Both the position numbers and the translations under genes were made by a program. A DNA stretch of 63,028 nt, the filler included, from Chiloscyllium plagiosum (lineage: Eukaryota), in NCBI RefSeq assembly GCF_004010195.1. It is 3 parts of one record of this genome, joined end to end, with 100 filler letters (N's around TTAATTAATTAA, not from the genome) between each part and the next. Parts side by side here need not be neighbours in the genome. Positions count along the whole stretch, not along the records: positions 1 to 23,731 come from NC_057714.1; 2 more parts are not named here. One strand, 5' to 3'. The notes beneath the pieces are model-generated. The model saw nothing but the letters and a program-made list of their open reading frames with translations, was not told the origin of the DNA and made no database searches. Below are positions 12,231-23,562 of this stretch, piece by piece. Positions within the stretch are counted from its first letter, which is position 1; every line of letters starts with the position of its first letter.

Positions 12231-13634
12231 TATACATGTAGGCAGGTAATTAATGAGGTGAGTTTGGTAAGATAGTGAGAAATTTCATTAGGCCTTGAGA
12301 TGAAAAACCAACAAATAAAACTTGACACAACTCTCATTTCGCCAAAAAAGGTGTGTAAGATTCCCCATTTCTTTTTGAGCACCAGGTTTTATAGTTGTGA
12401 TAATCATTTCTCATGTAGCTGAGGTGCTAGATTATTTTGAATGTATTACTGGAAGGTTTCTTCCATAATAAGACTCAATAGCTGAACAAGTTGTTATAAT
12501 TCTACACATCTTAAGTTAAAACTTGTTGAGAAGATGAGTTTTGACAACACTGTAGTAAAGAAAAACATCAAAAAACAGATTAATTCAGTCAGCTTGATTT
12601 TGTTTGCAATACATTATTCGACACAAGTTTTATTTATTTATTATATTAGTTGTAGATTTTTAAGTATCCCACTAGAGAACACTTGGCAATTTGTCAATTA
12701 TTTGGTTTTGAACAGCTACATTTCTATCTTGCAGCTCTCGATTGTTTCTACTTTGGGTAATTTTTATTTAAATGGCTATTCTAGTAAAACAGTTTGTCAA
12801 TCCATATGGTAAGTTTTGGAATACTCTGATACACCTACGACCTAATAAGCGGAATTTTGCTTTGGCATTGGGAGACTTGCCTCCTGGATGGACAGGTAAA
12901 AATGCTTCTTTTGGCAGGGGGACCTACTAAGCAGCACACAAGTCAATCGATGGCAAGCCCAGCAATGGCCCTTTCCCAAGAATTAAGTCCCTGGGGCAAA
13001 AGTTCCACCTGTGAACTATCAGCCTACCAAAATCTGGTAGCTATTCCATTCAATTGTGTCATTGAGGAGGTGATAGCTGCCATCAAAGAAACTATACCCT
13101 GCACTTCCTGCAATCTCAGGACTGCTGAGGATCCAGGCTACATATGCATAATGTGTGGGGAGGGATTCTTAGGTTAGGGTTGCAGGAAGAAGAGAGCAGG
13201 ACGGTTGGAAGCAATGACGGAATTTGGGGTGTGGGGTGGGGTTGTGGCGGGGTTCAATGGTGGCTGTCATTGAGACCCTCACCACCACCTTCCCAATGTC
13301 CAGACCCCCTAGTTAAGCATTAATTACCTTTGATGGAGGGACACCACCTCCCCTAATTTGAGGTGACAAGTGGCCTGTAAAACTTTGCCTTGCCATCCAT
13401 GGCAACAGATCCTGGTTGCAGCTGGGTTAGTGCCAGTAGTGCGGGATAAGGCCCTTGTATGGTCTTTACTTGGCTACTTAGGAGGGCTCAGTTGGTGATC
13501 ATGCAGGTCAACCTTCGGCCTTCCCACCTTGGATTCAATTTTGGTTGAAGCAGGAAGACAGTAGATGCAGGTAGAATACAGCTCCATCCAATTAAGTATC
13601 CCTCTTGTTTCTCAGCTCCCCACCAGCAGTGTTG

Positions 13635-14112
13635 AAGTACTGTATCCAGTTCTGATTGCCCTCTCATAGGAAGGACAGGTTCAGAAGAGATTTACCAGAA
13701 TGTTGCCAGGTATGGAAGATTTGAGTTATAAATAAAGACTGGAACTTTTTCACTGGACTGTGGGAGTTTAAGAGGTGACTTTATAGAGGTTTATAAAATC
13801 ATGAGGGGTATTGATAGGGTTAATGGTACGTGTTTTGGCCTGAGGGCGGGGGTTTCATTTTTAAGGTGAGAGAAGAGAGATTTTTAAAAAAACATGAGGG
13901 GCAATTTTTTTTTTACACAGAGGGTGATCTGCATGTGGAATGAACTTCCTAAAGAAGTGGTGGATGAGGGCACAACAGGTACAACATTTAAAAGACACTT
14001 AGATAAGTATATGAATAGGAAAGGTTTGGAGGGATACGGGCCAGGAGTAGGCAGGTGGGTTAGTTGGGATTATGTTCAGCATGGACTGGTTGTTTTGTGC
14101 TGTATGACTCTA
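13635..14112 (+). mobile_element. CR1 LINE 3' end
   Basis: RGNFFFTQRVICMWNELPKEVV...; ends GTATGACTCTA. Confidence 0.85.
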
Positions 14113-14159
14113 TTGCACTAAAGATGCTATATAAATATAAGTTTTATTTTTTAAAAATG

Positions 14160-14400
14160 CACTAATGAATTGTAGGCATTATTGGCTGGGCCAGCATGAA
14201 TTGCCCATCCCTAGTTGTCCTTGAGAAGGTGTTGGTTTATGCAGGTATACTCACAGTGCCATTAGGGAAGTAAAGCCAGGATATTGACCCAATGATATTG
14301 AAGGAATGGTAAAATACTTCTAAGTCAGGATTGAGAGTGGTGTCAAGGGAAATATGTAGATGGTGTTGTTCCCATATATCAGCTGCCCTTATCCCATGTT
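14160..14400 (-). mobile_element. 3' UTR fragment of the CR1/L2-like LINE
   Basis: Reverse complement of the 3180-3390 type sequence. Confidence 0.65.
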
Positions 14401-15307
14401 GTAAACACATCAAATAGAAAGAACTTGAGCATTCAGGCGTAAATTCAATTTTTAATATTGAATATTAAATTAAGATTTTAAAAATGTATTAAAATGTTTT
14501 CAGACTTTTCCTGTTTCTTATTCTCAATGTCATCTTTAATTTCTCCTTCTATTTTGCTTTTTGTAAATTATATGACAATGCAATAAAGACTTAAATTTAT
14601 ATTTCTTGGATTAAACTCTAATTCCTCGGTGATGAATTTTTAATCTAAATGATTGAAGGGATATGTTACTGCCTCAAATTCATATGTGCTGCAGATCAGA
14701 GGCAACGTTGTGGGTCAGTGGTTAGCACTGCTGCCTCACAGCATTAGTAGAAGACAGAGGGTGGTGGTGGAGGGTTGCTTTTTAGACTGGAGGACTGTGA
14801 TTAGTGGTGTGCCACAGGATTGGTGCTGGGTCCACTGCATTTCATCATTTACATAAATGATTTGGATCTGAACTTAGGAGGTATGGATAGTAAGCTTAGA
14901 GATGACACCAAAATGGGAGGTGTAATGGACAGCAAAGAAGGTTATCTCAGAATACAACAGGATCTTAATTAGATGGGCCAATGATACGTTTGAGCAATAG
15001 GGAGAGGCTGAATAGGCTGGGGCTATTTTCCTTGGAACATCGGAGGCTGAGGGTGACCTTATAGAGGTTTTTAAAATCATGAGGGGAATGAATAGGGTAA
15101 ATAGACAAGGTATTTTGCCATGGGTGGGGGAGTCCAAAATTAGAGGGCATAGATTTAAGGTGAGAGGACAAGATTGAAAAGTGATCAAGGGGCAACTTTT
15201 TCATGCAAAGTGTGATGCGTATGTGGAATAAGCTGCCAGAGGAAATGGTGGAGGCTGATACAATTACAACATTTAAAAGGTTTCTAGATAGGTATATATG
15301 AATAGGA

Positions 15308-15506
15308 CCTGGACCCAATATACCGGCCACTACAGCGGACAGCTGAAACTGACAACCGGAAGCGGCAGGGACAGGCCACTATAAATGCCGGAGGAAACAC
15401 CACAGAAGCGCTTCACAGGAGGCTCCCAAGCACTGAGGATGTCACCTAGACAGGGGACGAAACGTTTGCAACAGAAATTTCCAGCTCGACGAACAGAACC
15501 ACAACA
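15308..15506 (+). mobile_element. PLE family B 3' fragment with hammerhead (15430-15469)
   Basis: TSD GAATAGGA at 15300-15307 and 15507-15514; encodes DLDPIYRPLQRTAE... (PLE endonuclease C-terminus-like); GCA-CTGAGGA-TGTCACCTAGACAGGGGAC-GAAAC-GTT-TGC. Confidence 0.78.
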
Positions 15507-15590
15507 GAATAGGAAGGGTTTAGAGGAATATGGGCCAAATAGTGGCAAATGGGACTAGATTTATTTAGGATATCTGGTTGACATGGATGA

Positions 15591-15903
15591 TTAGATTAGA
15601 TTACATTACAATGTGGAAACAGGCCCTTTGGCCCAACAAGTCCACACCGACCCGCCGAAGCGCAACCCACCCATACCCCTACATTTACCCCTTACCTAAC
15701 ACTACGGGCAATTTAGCATGGCCAATTCACTTAACCTGCACATCTTTGGACTGTGGGAGGAAACCGGAGCAACCGGAGGAAACCCACGCAGACACGGGGA
15801 GAACGTGCAAACTCTACACAGTCAGTCGCCTGAGTCGGGAATTGAACCCGGGTCTCTGGCGCTGTGAGGCAGCAGTGCTAACTGCTGTGCCACCGTGCCG
15901 CCC
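15591..15903 (-). mobile_element. HE1-type SINE, full length
   Basis: Reverse complement of the 4826-5148 type element. Confidence 0.92.
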
Positions 15904-16648
15904 ACGATGACTGAAGAGTCTGTTTTTGTGCTGTATATCTTTCTGACTCTACTGATGAGTCTTGACATTTCAGACAGTATTAAGAGTTCTTTGTGAGATT
16001 TGTTTCCCTGTAAATAAACCAGGAGTTTATGCAGAAGCATGTATTTATGAACTCCCTTATACTATGGAGCTAAGTTATAATCTTGGTTTACAATATTTTT
16101 CTGCACAAATGGTAAACTTCTCATGAAGGCATAAAGAGATAAAGTGCAAGAATATGCTCCAGCCCAATTAGTTTTCAAATGGCAGGCCTCTTCCAGAATG
16201 CTCCTAGTACCATAGGGCACCGCATATTCCTTTTTTTAAATTCCATTATCAATTTAGCTTTGAAGCAGGAAGTTGATTTTGGAGGTACGCAAGCACGTTG
16301 AGATGATTTGTTATTCTAACTAAAGATACAAATGGTTTTAGATTGGTACTTCACTCATCCTGTCAACACATTCGCCCATTCAATAATATAAAATAGTTGC
16401 TACCTTGTTAACTTGGTTTAGAAATAACACAATTGGAGTATTTTGTCTATTTCTGAACATCATACCTAGAAAGGATATAAAGTCTTTAGAGATTTTTATA
16501 AAACATATAGAAGAATAGTTTCAGGAATGGGGATCGAAGGGTTATGGATAGTTGGGGAGAAAGTGAGGTCTGCAGATGCTGGAGATCAAAGTTGAAACTT
16601 TATTGCTGGAACAGCACAGCAGGTCAGGCAGCATCCAGGGAACAGGAG

Positions 16649-16684
16649 ATTCGACGTTTCGGGCACAGGCCCTTCTTCAGGAAT
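16649..16684 (-). ncRNA. Minimal type I hammerhead ribozyme (family A)
   Basis: Minus strand: ATTC-CTGAAGA-A-GGGC-CTGT-GCCC-GAAA-C-GTC-GAAT; helix I, helix II, core and GUC site all intact. Confidence 0.8.
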
Positions 16685-16734
16685 GAGCAGAGAGTGTTCA
16701 GCAGGAGAAGATAAAAGGTAGGGAGGAGGGACTT

Positions 16735-17848
16735 ACCTCGCACTTGCTCACGTTAAAGTACGTCCCCACTTTTATATTGAAGTACTCTCAAAATAAATGC
16801 TAGCATTGCATTTACATTCCTAACTACTGACTCAAGCTGCAAGTCAACATTAAGAGAGTCCTGGGCTAGGATTCCCAAGTCCCTTTGCCCTTCAGATTTC
16901 TGAATTTTCTCCCCAATTATAAAATAGTCCATGTCTCTATTCTTCCCACCAAAGTGCATGACCTCCTTGCCCACCCTCCTAACCTGTCCAAATCCTTCTG
17001 CAGCCTCCCCACTTTCTCAATACTGCCTGCCCCCCCACCTATCTTTGTATCATCTGACAGGTTTTTGCCCACTCACTCACATATCCCTCTTTGTGTCACC
17101 CCCACCACATGTCTTCCTACCTGGTTTTGTGTCAACACAAACTTATCTACAGTACATTCACCTTCCTTATCCCAGTCATTCATATATCTTGTACATAATT
17201 GTGACCCCAGAACTGATCCTTGTGACTCTCCACTAGTTGCAGGTTACAATCCGGAAAATACTCTCCTTATCCCAATTCTCTGTCTTCTATTAGTTAGCCA
17301 ATCCTTTATCCATGCTACAATTTATGCCTGGAGCCAGGGGAAGTGAGTGAGATCCTGAATGAGTATTTCACATCTGTATCCACAAAGGAGTAAGACGTAG
17401 ATGAGGGTAAGATCAGGGAGAGGTATTCTGGAGTTCTACAGCATATTGATATTGAGGAGGAGGAGCTGTTGGGTATTTTGAAAATATTTAAGGTTGTTAA
17501 GTCCCCCGGGTCTGATGGGATCTATTCCCGGATACTGAAGGAGGCAAGCGAGGAGATTGCTGTGACCTTGAGAGAGATCTTTGTATCCTTTTTATCGACA
17601 GGCAAGGTCCCAGATATTGTTCCTAGGCCAGTGACCCTTACACTAGTGCTAGGCAAATTACTGGAGAAGAGTCTGAGAGACAGGATTTCCTCACATTTGG
17701 AACAGCAAGGGTTTATTAGGAATAGTCAGCAGGGCTTTGTGCAGGGGAGGTCTTGTCTCTCAAATTTGATTGAGTTTTTTGAGGAAATGGAGTCGATAGT
17801 TGGTGAGGGGAGGGTTGAGGATGTTGTCTACATAGGCTTCACTAAAGC
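16735..17848. mobile_element. Decayed CR1 RT fragments (minus then plus orientation) carried inside the PLE composite
   Basis: ORF 16753-16974 (-) has VMHFGGKN...QRDLG; ORF 17469 (+) has KSPGSDGIYSRILKE...QQGFVQGRSCLSNLIEFFE. Confidence 0.8.
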
Positions 17849-17900
17849 ACTTTATTGCTGGAACAGCACAGCAGGTCAGGCAGCATCTAGGGAACAGAAG

Positions 17901-17936
17901 ATTCGACGTTTCGGGCACATGCCCTTCTTCAGGAAT
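17901..17936 (-). ncRNA. Minimal type I hammerhead ribozyme (family A)
   Basis: Minus strand: ATTC-CTGAAGA-A-GGGC-ATGT-GCCC-GAAA-C-GTC-GAAT. Confidence 0.8.
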
Positions 17937-18300
17937 GAGCAGAGAGTGTTCAGCAGGAGAAGATAAAAGGTAGGGAGGAGGGACTTGGAGGAGGGGCGTT
18001 GGAAATGTGATAGGTGGAAAGAGGTCAAGGTGAGGGTGATAGGTCGGAGTAGGATGGAGGCGGGGAGGTCAAGAAGAAGACTGCAGGTCAGGAAGGCGTT
18101 GCCGGGCTGGAGGGATTCGGCTGAGACAAGTTGGGGGGAGGGGGGATGAAGAAACTGGTGAAGTCCAAGTTCATTGCCTGTGGTTGGAGGGTTCCCAGTC
18201 GGAAGATAAGTCGCTCCTCCTCCGACCGTCGGGTTGTTGTGGTTTGGCGGTGGATGAGTCCAATGACCTGCATATCCTCGGTGGAGTGGGAGGGGGAGTT

Positions 18301-18510
18301 GCGGAGCGATTCAGAGAGCACCTCTGGGCCAACCCAATCACCCTGTAGCACAGCATTTCCACTCCCCCTCCCACTCCACCGAGGATATGCAGGTCATTGG
18401 ACTCATCCACCGCCAAACCACAACAACGCGACGGTCGGAGGAGGAGCGTCTTATCTTCCGACTGGGAACCCTCCAACCACAGGGGATGAACTTGGACTTC
18501 ACCAGTTTCT
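18301..18510 (+). pseudogene. Penelope-like GIY-YIG endonuclease C-terminal fragment
   Basis: AERFREHLW / QPNHPVAQHFHSPSHSTEDMQVIGLIHRQTTTTRRSEEERLIFRLGTLQPQGMNLDF; inverted near-identical copy at ~18150-18300. Confidence 0.85.
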
Positions 18511-18718
18511 TCATCCCCCCTCCCCTTGTCTCAGCCGAATCCCTCCAGCCCGGCTCCGCCTTCCTGACCTGCAGTCTTCTTGTTGACCTCTCCGCCTCCA
18601 TCCTACTCCGACCTATCACCCTCACCTTGACCTCTTTCCACCTATCACATTTCCAACGCCCCTCCTCCAAGTCCCTCCTCCCTACCTTTTATCTTCTCCT
18701 GCTGAACACTCTCTGCTC

Positions 18719-18754
18719 ATTCCTGAAGAAGGGCCTGTGCCCGAAACGTCGAAT
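18719..18754 (+). ncRNA. Minimal type I hammerhead ribozyme (family A)
   Basis: ATTC-CTGAAGA-A-GGGC-CTGT-GCCC-GAAA-C-GTC-GAAT. Confidence 0.82.
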
Positions 18755-18899
18755 CTCCTGTTCCCTGGATGCTGCCTGACCTGCTGTGCTGTTCCAGCAA
18801 TAAAGTTTCAACTTATGGATAGTTGGAGCAGTTGGAATGGTTCTCTTTTGAAAAAAAGGCTGAAGACAATTTGATAGAGAGGATCAAAATTGTATGTGG

Positions 18900-19156
18900 C
18901 AAAAGTGAGGACTGCAGATGCTGGAGATTAGAGTTGCGAATGTGATGCTGAAAAAGTACAGCAGGTCAGACAGCATCTGAGGAGCAGGAGAATCAACGTT
19001 TTAGGCAAAAGTCTTTCTTTAAGAATTTCCTGATGAAGGGCTTATGCCCAAAACGTCGATTCTCCTGCTCCTCAGATGCTGCCTGACCTGCTGTGCTTTT
19101 CTAGCACTACACTCTCGACTCTGATCTCCAGCATCTGCAGTTCTCACTTTCTCCTA
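18900..19156. mobile_element. PLE family A palindromic element with decayed hammerheads
   Basis: Inverted arms AAAGTGAGGACTGCAGATGCTGG.../...CCAGCATCTGCAGTTCTCACTTT; the core at 19030-19057 has GAAA changed to AAAA. Confidence 0.8.
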
Positions 19157-19590
19157 GAAAGGAACTATCCATAATGTCAGAAGTTCTAGAACCAGCGGAC
19201 AGTGATTTTTAAGTAATTAGCAAAGGAATTAGCAATGGTGAAACAATAAAAAATCATTTTAATCCATTAAAATCTGAAATGCAGTGCATGGGATTGTGGA
19301 GGCATTTGATTGTGGTTTTCAAGAGGGCACTGAATAATTTTCTGAACAGAAAACATATTAGAGCACTATAGGGGAATGGGAGGTTCTCTTGACACAGAAG
19401 TTGAATCCCTGCCTGTGGGCCAGTTCAAGACCTGTCTGTCCTGGAGGTGCATCTCATGTTTGAACAGGTTGATTTGAATTAATTACAAGAAATGGAACTG
19501 ACTGAAATGTTTTTGCAGAAAGTCAGCATGGACCCAATGGGATGAATGCCTCCTTTGGTAACGTAACCATTCCATGATTAATTGTGTGTG

Positions 19591-19806
19591 GAATATGGAA
19601 TAGTACCTCATGCCACAGTGTAAAATATTGAAGTAAGCAACTCTAATCAAGTTAATTATGGTTGTGAATATAACCTATTCCATTATATTCACAGCCGTAA
19701 CTAACTTGATTAGAGCAGCTTACGCCAATATCTTACATTGTGGCATGTAGTAGTATCCCATATTCAATAATCAAGTTATTTATGGTTGTGAATATAATGG
19801 AATAGG
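19591..19806. repeat. Nested inverted repeat (~83-bp-arm hairpin plus a third re-inverted copy)
   Basis: 19591-19673 pairs imperfectly with 19683-19765; 19768-19806 is the reverse complement of 19674-19712. Confidence 0.85.
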
Positions 19807-19961
19807 GAAGCTGTACTTATATTTCACTTTCATATTATGGTGGGACATTGGTGAGATTATCACTGGATTCTAAATCAGTTCTGAAAATTTTGTTTGGTGT
19901 TCATTGTTAGAAAGCCACGCACATTTATTTTTAAAATATTGAATAACAATTTTTCTTACAG

Positions 19962-20162
19962 TTATGTCTGGAAAGGATGGAAGGATTTCTGCAAAGATTG
20001 TAAATGTGGCTGAACTTGATCAGTGTTTTGCAAATATTGTGGATACATTCAATCATCAACACAGCAACTACATAACTCTTTGTGAGTTCATAAGACTGTT
20101 GAAAGAATGTTGTCAGTGTAACGTACTCACGGATTGTTTTCAGACACTTCAACATGAACACA
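19962..20162 (+). CDS. Exon D of uncharacterised host gene (si:ch73-345f18.3-like, from memory)
   Basis: Acceptor ttttcttacag, donor A|gtaagt; 201 nt, phase 1-1, open: (V)MSGKDGRISAKIVNVAELDQCFANIVDTFNHQHSNYITLCEFIRLLKECCQCNVLTDCFQTLQHEH. Confidence 0.82.
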
Positions 20163-20574
20163 GTAAGTACTTGGACAATGGGATAAAATTGACATGGGGG
20201 GTTCTGTTCATTGCCACAAACATTACTGAGAGTTCTTAAATTGTTATAGAGAGGAATGTTTCTTAATACCTGATTTTGTGAGGGATTCACAATATTAGAC
20301 TTATAATTAAAAATATGCTAAAATGAAATATATATTTATATGGTCTTGTACAGAAAATATTTGTCTTTTTACAGATCCTGAAATATTTGTTGCATAAACC
20401 TAGCATTTTCAGTTCTTATTTCAGATATCCAGGCATTATCTTCTCATATTTTGTACATTGAATCCATAGCATTTGGCAAGTGTTACATTTAATATGAAAA
20501 TGTGTTGCACTTCCTAAGTTCATGTTTTGCTTAATTTTTCTGCTGTTGAGCATTACTCATATCCAGTACTACTT

Positions 20575-20983
20575 GAGTTTCGAAGATTGAGAGGGGATCT
20601 GATTGAGACGTATAAGATTATGAAAAGATTGGACACTCTGGCAGTAGGAAACATATTTCCACTGATGGGTGAGTGCCGAACCAGAGGACACAGCTATAAA
20701 ATACAGGGTAGACCATTTAGGACAGAGCTCAGGAGAAACTTCTTCACCCAGAGAGTGGTGGCTGTGTGGAATGCTCTGCCCCAGAGGGCAGTGGAGGCCC
20801 ACTCTCTGGATTTATTTAAGAAGGAGTTGGATAGAGCTCTCAAAGATAGTGGAATCAAGGGTTATGGAGATAAGGCAGGAACGGGATACTGATTAGGAAT
20901 GATCAGCCCTGATTATATTGAATGGCGGTGTAGGCTCGAAGGGCTGAATGGCCTACTCCTGCACCTATTGTCTATTGTCTATA
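20575..20983 (+). mobile_element. CR1 LINE 3' end, younger subfamily with (CTATTGT)n tail
   Basis: Open frame LEFRRLRGDLIETYKI...RRNFFTQRVVAVWNALP...GIKGYG. Confidence 0.9.
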
Positions 20984-22539
20984 CCAATACATATTTGTAT
21001 CAGACATGGAAAAAACCCTTTTTTTAACATAGTTGAGCAGAGTTCAAAAATATATTTGTTTGTGTCTTACCTATTTTTTGGGTTCTGAACACTGGTTCGA
21101 TAGATGAAAACATGATATAATAATTCACTGTCGCAACAATCCAAAATTAAGTTGGAGTGGTTTGAAACATTATTGTGTGTTGACCCGATGAAGGTGGATG
21201 ACCAAAACAACTGATATTGACAACCTCCCTGCTGCAGGTCTGCCACCTCTATAACCAACCCTGTCAATGTTCGTGAAGGTGGGAAGGTTAAGTTACGGCA
21301 AAAACGCATTGTTAAATAGGTGCATTATGTAATTTAATCTGCTTATTGAGAGTTTGCTTACTAGCGGCCTGAGATGTCTGCAGGGGAGATTGGCTTGTGG
21401 GAGCTATTTGATAGCTGAACAATTCCAGCCTGTCAAGGAACAGGGTTGTCAACACTGAAAAAATTTGATAGGTTTTTTCTAAAAATTAAGAATGGACAAA
21501 AATATGTTCCACAGCAATGAATTTAATCACCCTAACATTACCGTGCTCTAACCCAGGTTCTAGCTCTTTATCTGCCCTGCCTATATGAAAACACAGATTC
21601 TTTCCTTTGTTTAAGGGAGGACAATCAGAACATGACCTGCTTCCATAGGATTTTGCCTCCAATCTCACAACTGTGGTCAATAGTTAGTTGCTACTTCCAT
21701 TTCCTCACCAATTACATGCTTGCCTGCACCAAAGTAGGGAGCCTTGTCTCCTTACCTTGCAACCTGGCCCTTCAGCCAAAATCTAGTCTTTAGAATGTCA
21801 CATGGGGTGCATGTGGTAAGCTCAACATTTCACCAGAGACCATGAAGACAAATCTGTAAAATTTTAGCAACTTAGTGAGGGGATGTGGGAAGAGTATTAA
21901 TGAATTAATTACAGCCATCTTGTGGGTATGGAACTGTTGGAGATGAGGGCCAATTTGAAGGACTAATGTGCCCCAAATATACTTGGAAGATACTGAATCT
22001 AAAAGTGGCTAAGATGACTTTTCAAGTGCCCTGGAACTTCTGCAATTACCTTCTCAAGGGCAAGTAGGGCTGAGAAGTAAATACTTGTCCAGCCAGTGAC
22101 CACTACATTGCATGAACAAATTTTAAAAAAGGCAATAGAGGGCTTTCATATTTAAATAAGATACTTTATTTTGGACCCCTCTGCCAAACAGCATCCTGTC
22201 GTGCTGAAGATTCTTCTTGGCAGCTGTATAGACTAAACAACAGCCACAATGCAAAGGCAAATTTTATAATTAAAGGAAAATAAAATGTTCCTGTGGAAAA
22301 GTATTACTTTACCTCAAGCAAGGCAAGCACTGGAAATTAATCATTTCAAAATGTGCAAGCAACCTTTGGAGGTATGACAGGTATCAGTGGTCCACCCTGA
22401 GAATGGGAATGAATCCTAGTACCCAATTTCAGGCCAGACTTGGGCTTGCCTGTTGGGATACATGCTTCATGCATGTTACACTTTCAGGTCTGAAAACAGA
22501 CCTGATGCACTTTAACCCCGGAGGATTACTAGGATTGCT

Positions 22540-22812
22540 CATCCTTAGTTGCCCTTGAGAGGTAATGATAAGCTGCCTTCTTGAATTGCCGTTGTCCATC
22601 TGCTGTAGGTTGACCCATGGTGCTATTAGGAAAGCACTTCCAGGATTTTTACCCTCACCATACTTGAGGAATGGTGATACATTTCCAACTCAAGAAGGTG
22701 AGTGGCTTAAAGGGGAACTTGCAGATTGTGGTGCTTCCATGTATCTGCAGCCCTTGTCCTTCTTGTTGATGTGGTCATGGGTTTGGGAGGTGTTGTCTAA
22801 GGATCTTTGGTG
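22540..22812 (-). mobile_element. CR1/L2-like LINE 3' fragment
   Basis: Reverse complement similarity to 3080-3360. Confidence 0.65.
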
Positions 22813-23562
22813 ATCGTCGTTTAATGTCAGTACTGAACTTACATTCAACAATTCGTCCATTAAAATGATTATTGTTGTCAATTCTAATCAAGATTTCTTT
22901 ATTCGAATTGAGTTTTATTGCAAAAAATTGTCATTTTGAGGTGTTATGATATTATTTAATAAATCAGTCCTTTGTACCAAAAGCTATTTTGTATTGCAAG
23001 AAGTCACCCATGACTGATAAATATGAAAGTTTCAACCTCTGAGTTTGTCAATAATTTTTTCAATCAGGAACTCAAAATCTTTCCAGTGTGCAGTAGTTTT
23101 GGTCATTTTAAATTTTATTTACCTGGTTGGCTTTGTACCTATCTTGATTTTAATCCACTGTTTGGGTTTTGCTGTTCTCCACTTCTTACCTGATGATGCT
23201 TATACATAATGTCGATCTTGCATCTGGAAGTCTGCGCAAGTCATACTGTCATTTCATTTCCCCCTCAGTCAAAGGAAAACACTCAGAGACACTGTATAGT
23301 TTTACCTCCTTCATCTTTATTCTGGGCCCTGGAAGGAGAGAGAATGATCGCCCATGTACACAAGGACATGAGTTCTCGATCTTCTCTGGAATAGCAGTTT
23401 CTTAATGAATTATATAGTCATTTTACAGGGTGGAGCATCTAGATAAGGCAACATACATATTGATTGGGTGACTGTTACAATCAGCGAGCGTCAATAGCAA
23501 AGATTAAGCCATCTGCTGTTACACAATGAATGTTCTTAACCTTAACTGGCTTCACATAATGA

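Larger units (their letters stand above)
14745..15950 (+). mobile_element. CR1 RT/3' end interrupted by a PLE family B insert and an HE1 SINE
   Basis: RRQRVVVEG...SGVPQ RT motif; the 3' UTR resumes after 15506 and again after 15903. Confidence 0.8.
16556..18812. mobile_element. Composite PLE family A insertion: terminal repeat, CR1 cargo, inverted endonuclease/3' arms; three hammerheads
   Basis: 14-bp direct repeat TTATGGATAGTTGG at 16542-16555 and 18813-18826; PLE segments at 16556-16734 (-), 17849-18300 (-) and 18301-18812 (+). Confidence 0.8.

Noticed and set aside
19990..20110. EF-hand reading of DTFNHQHSNYITLCEF
   Set aside because: Lacks the acidic loop ligands; only a superficial resemblance.
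20375..20495. AG acceptors just downstream of exon D
   Set aside because: Phase-1 frames hit stops quickly and have no convincing donor.
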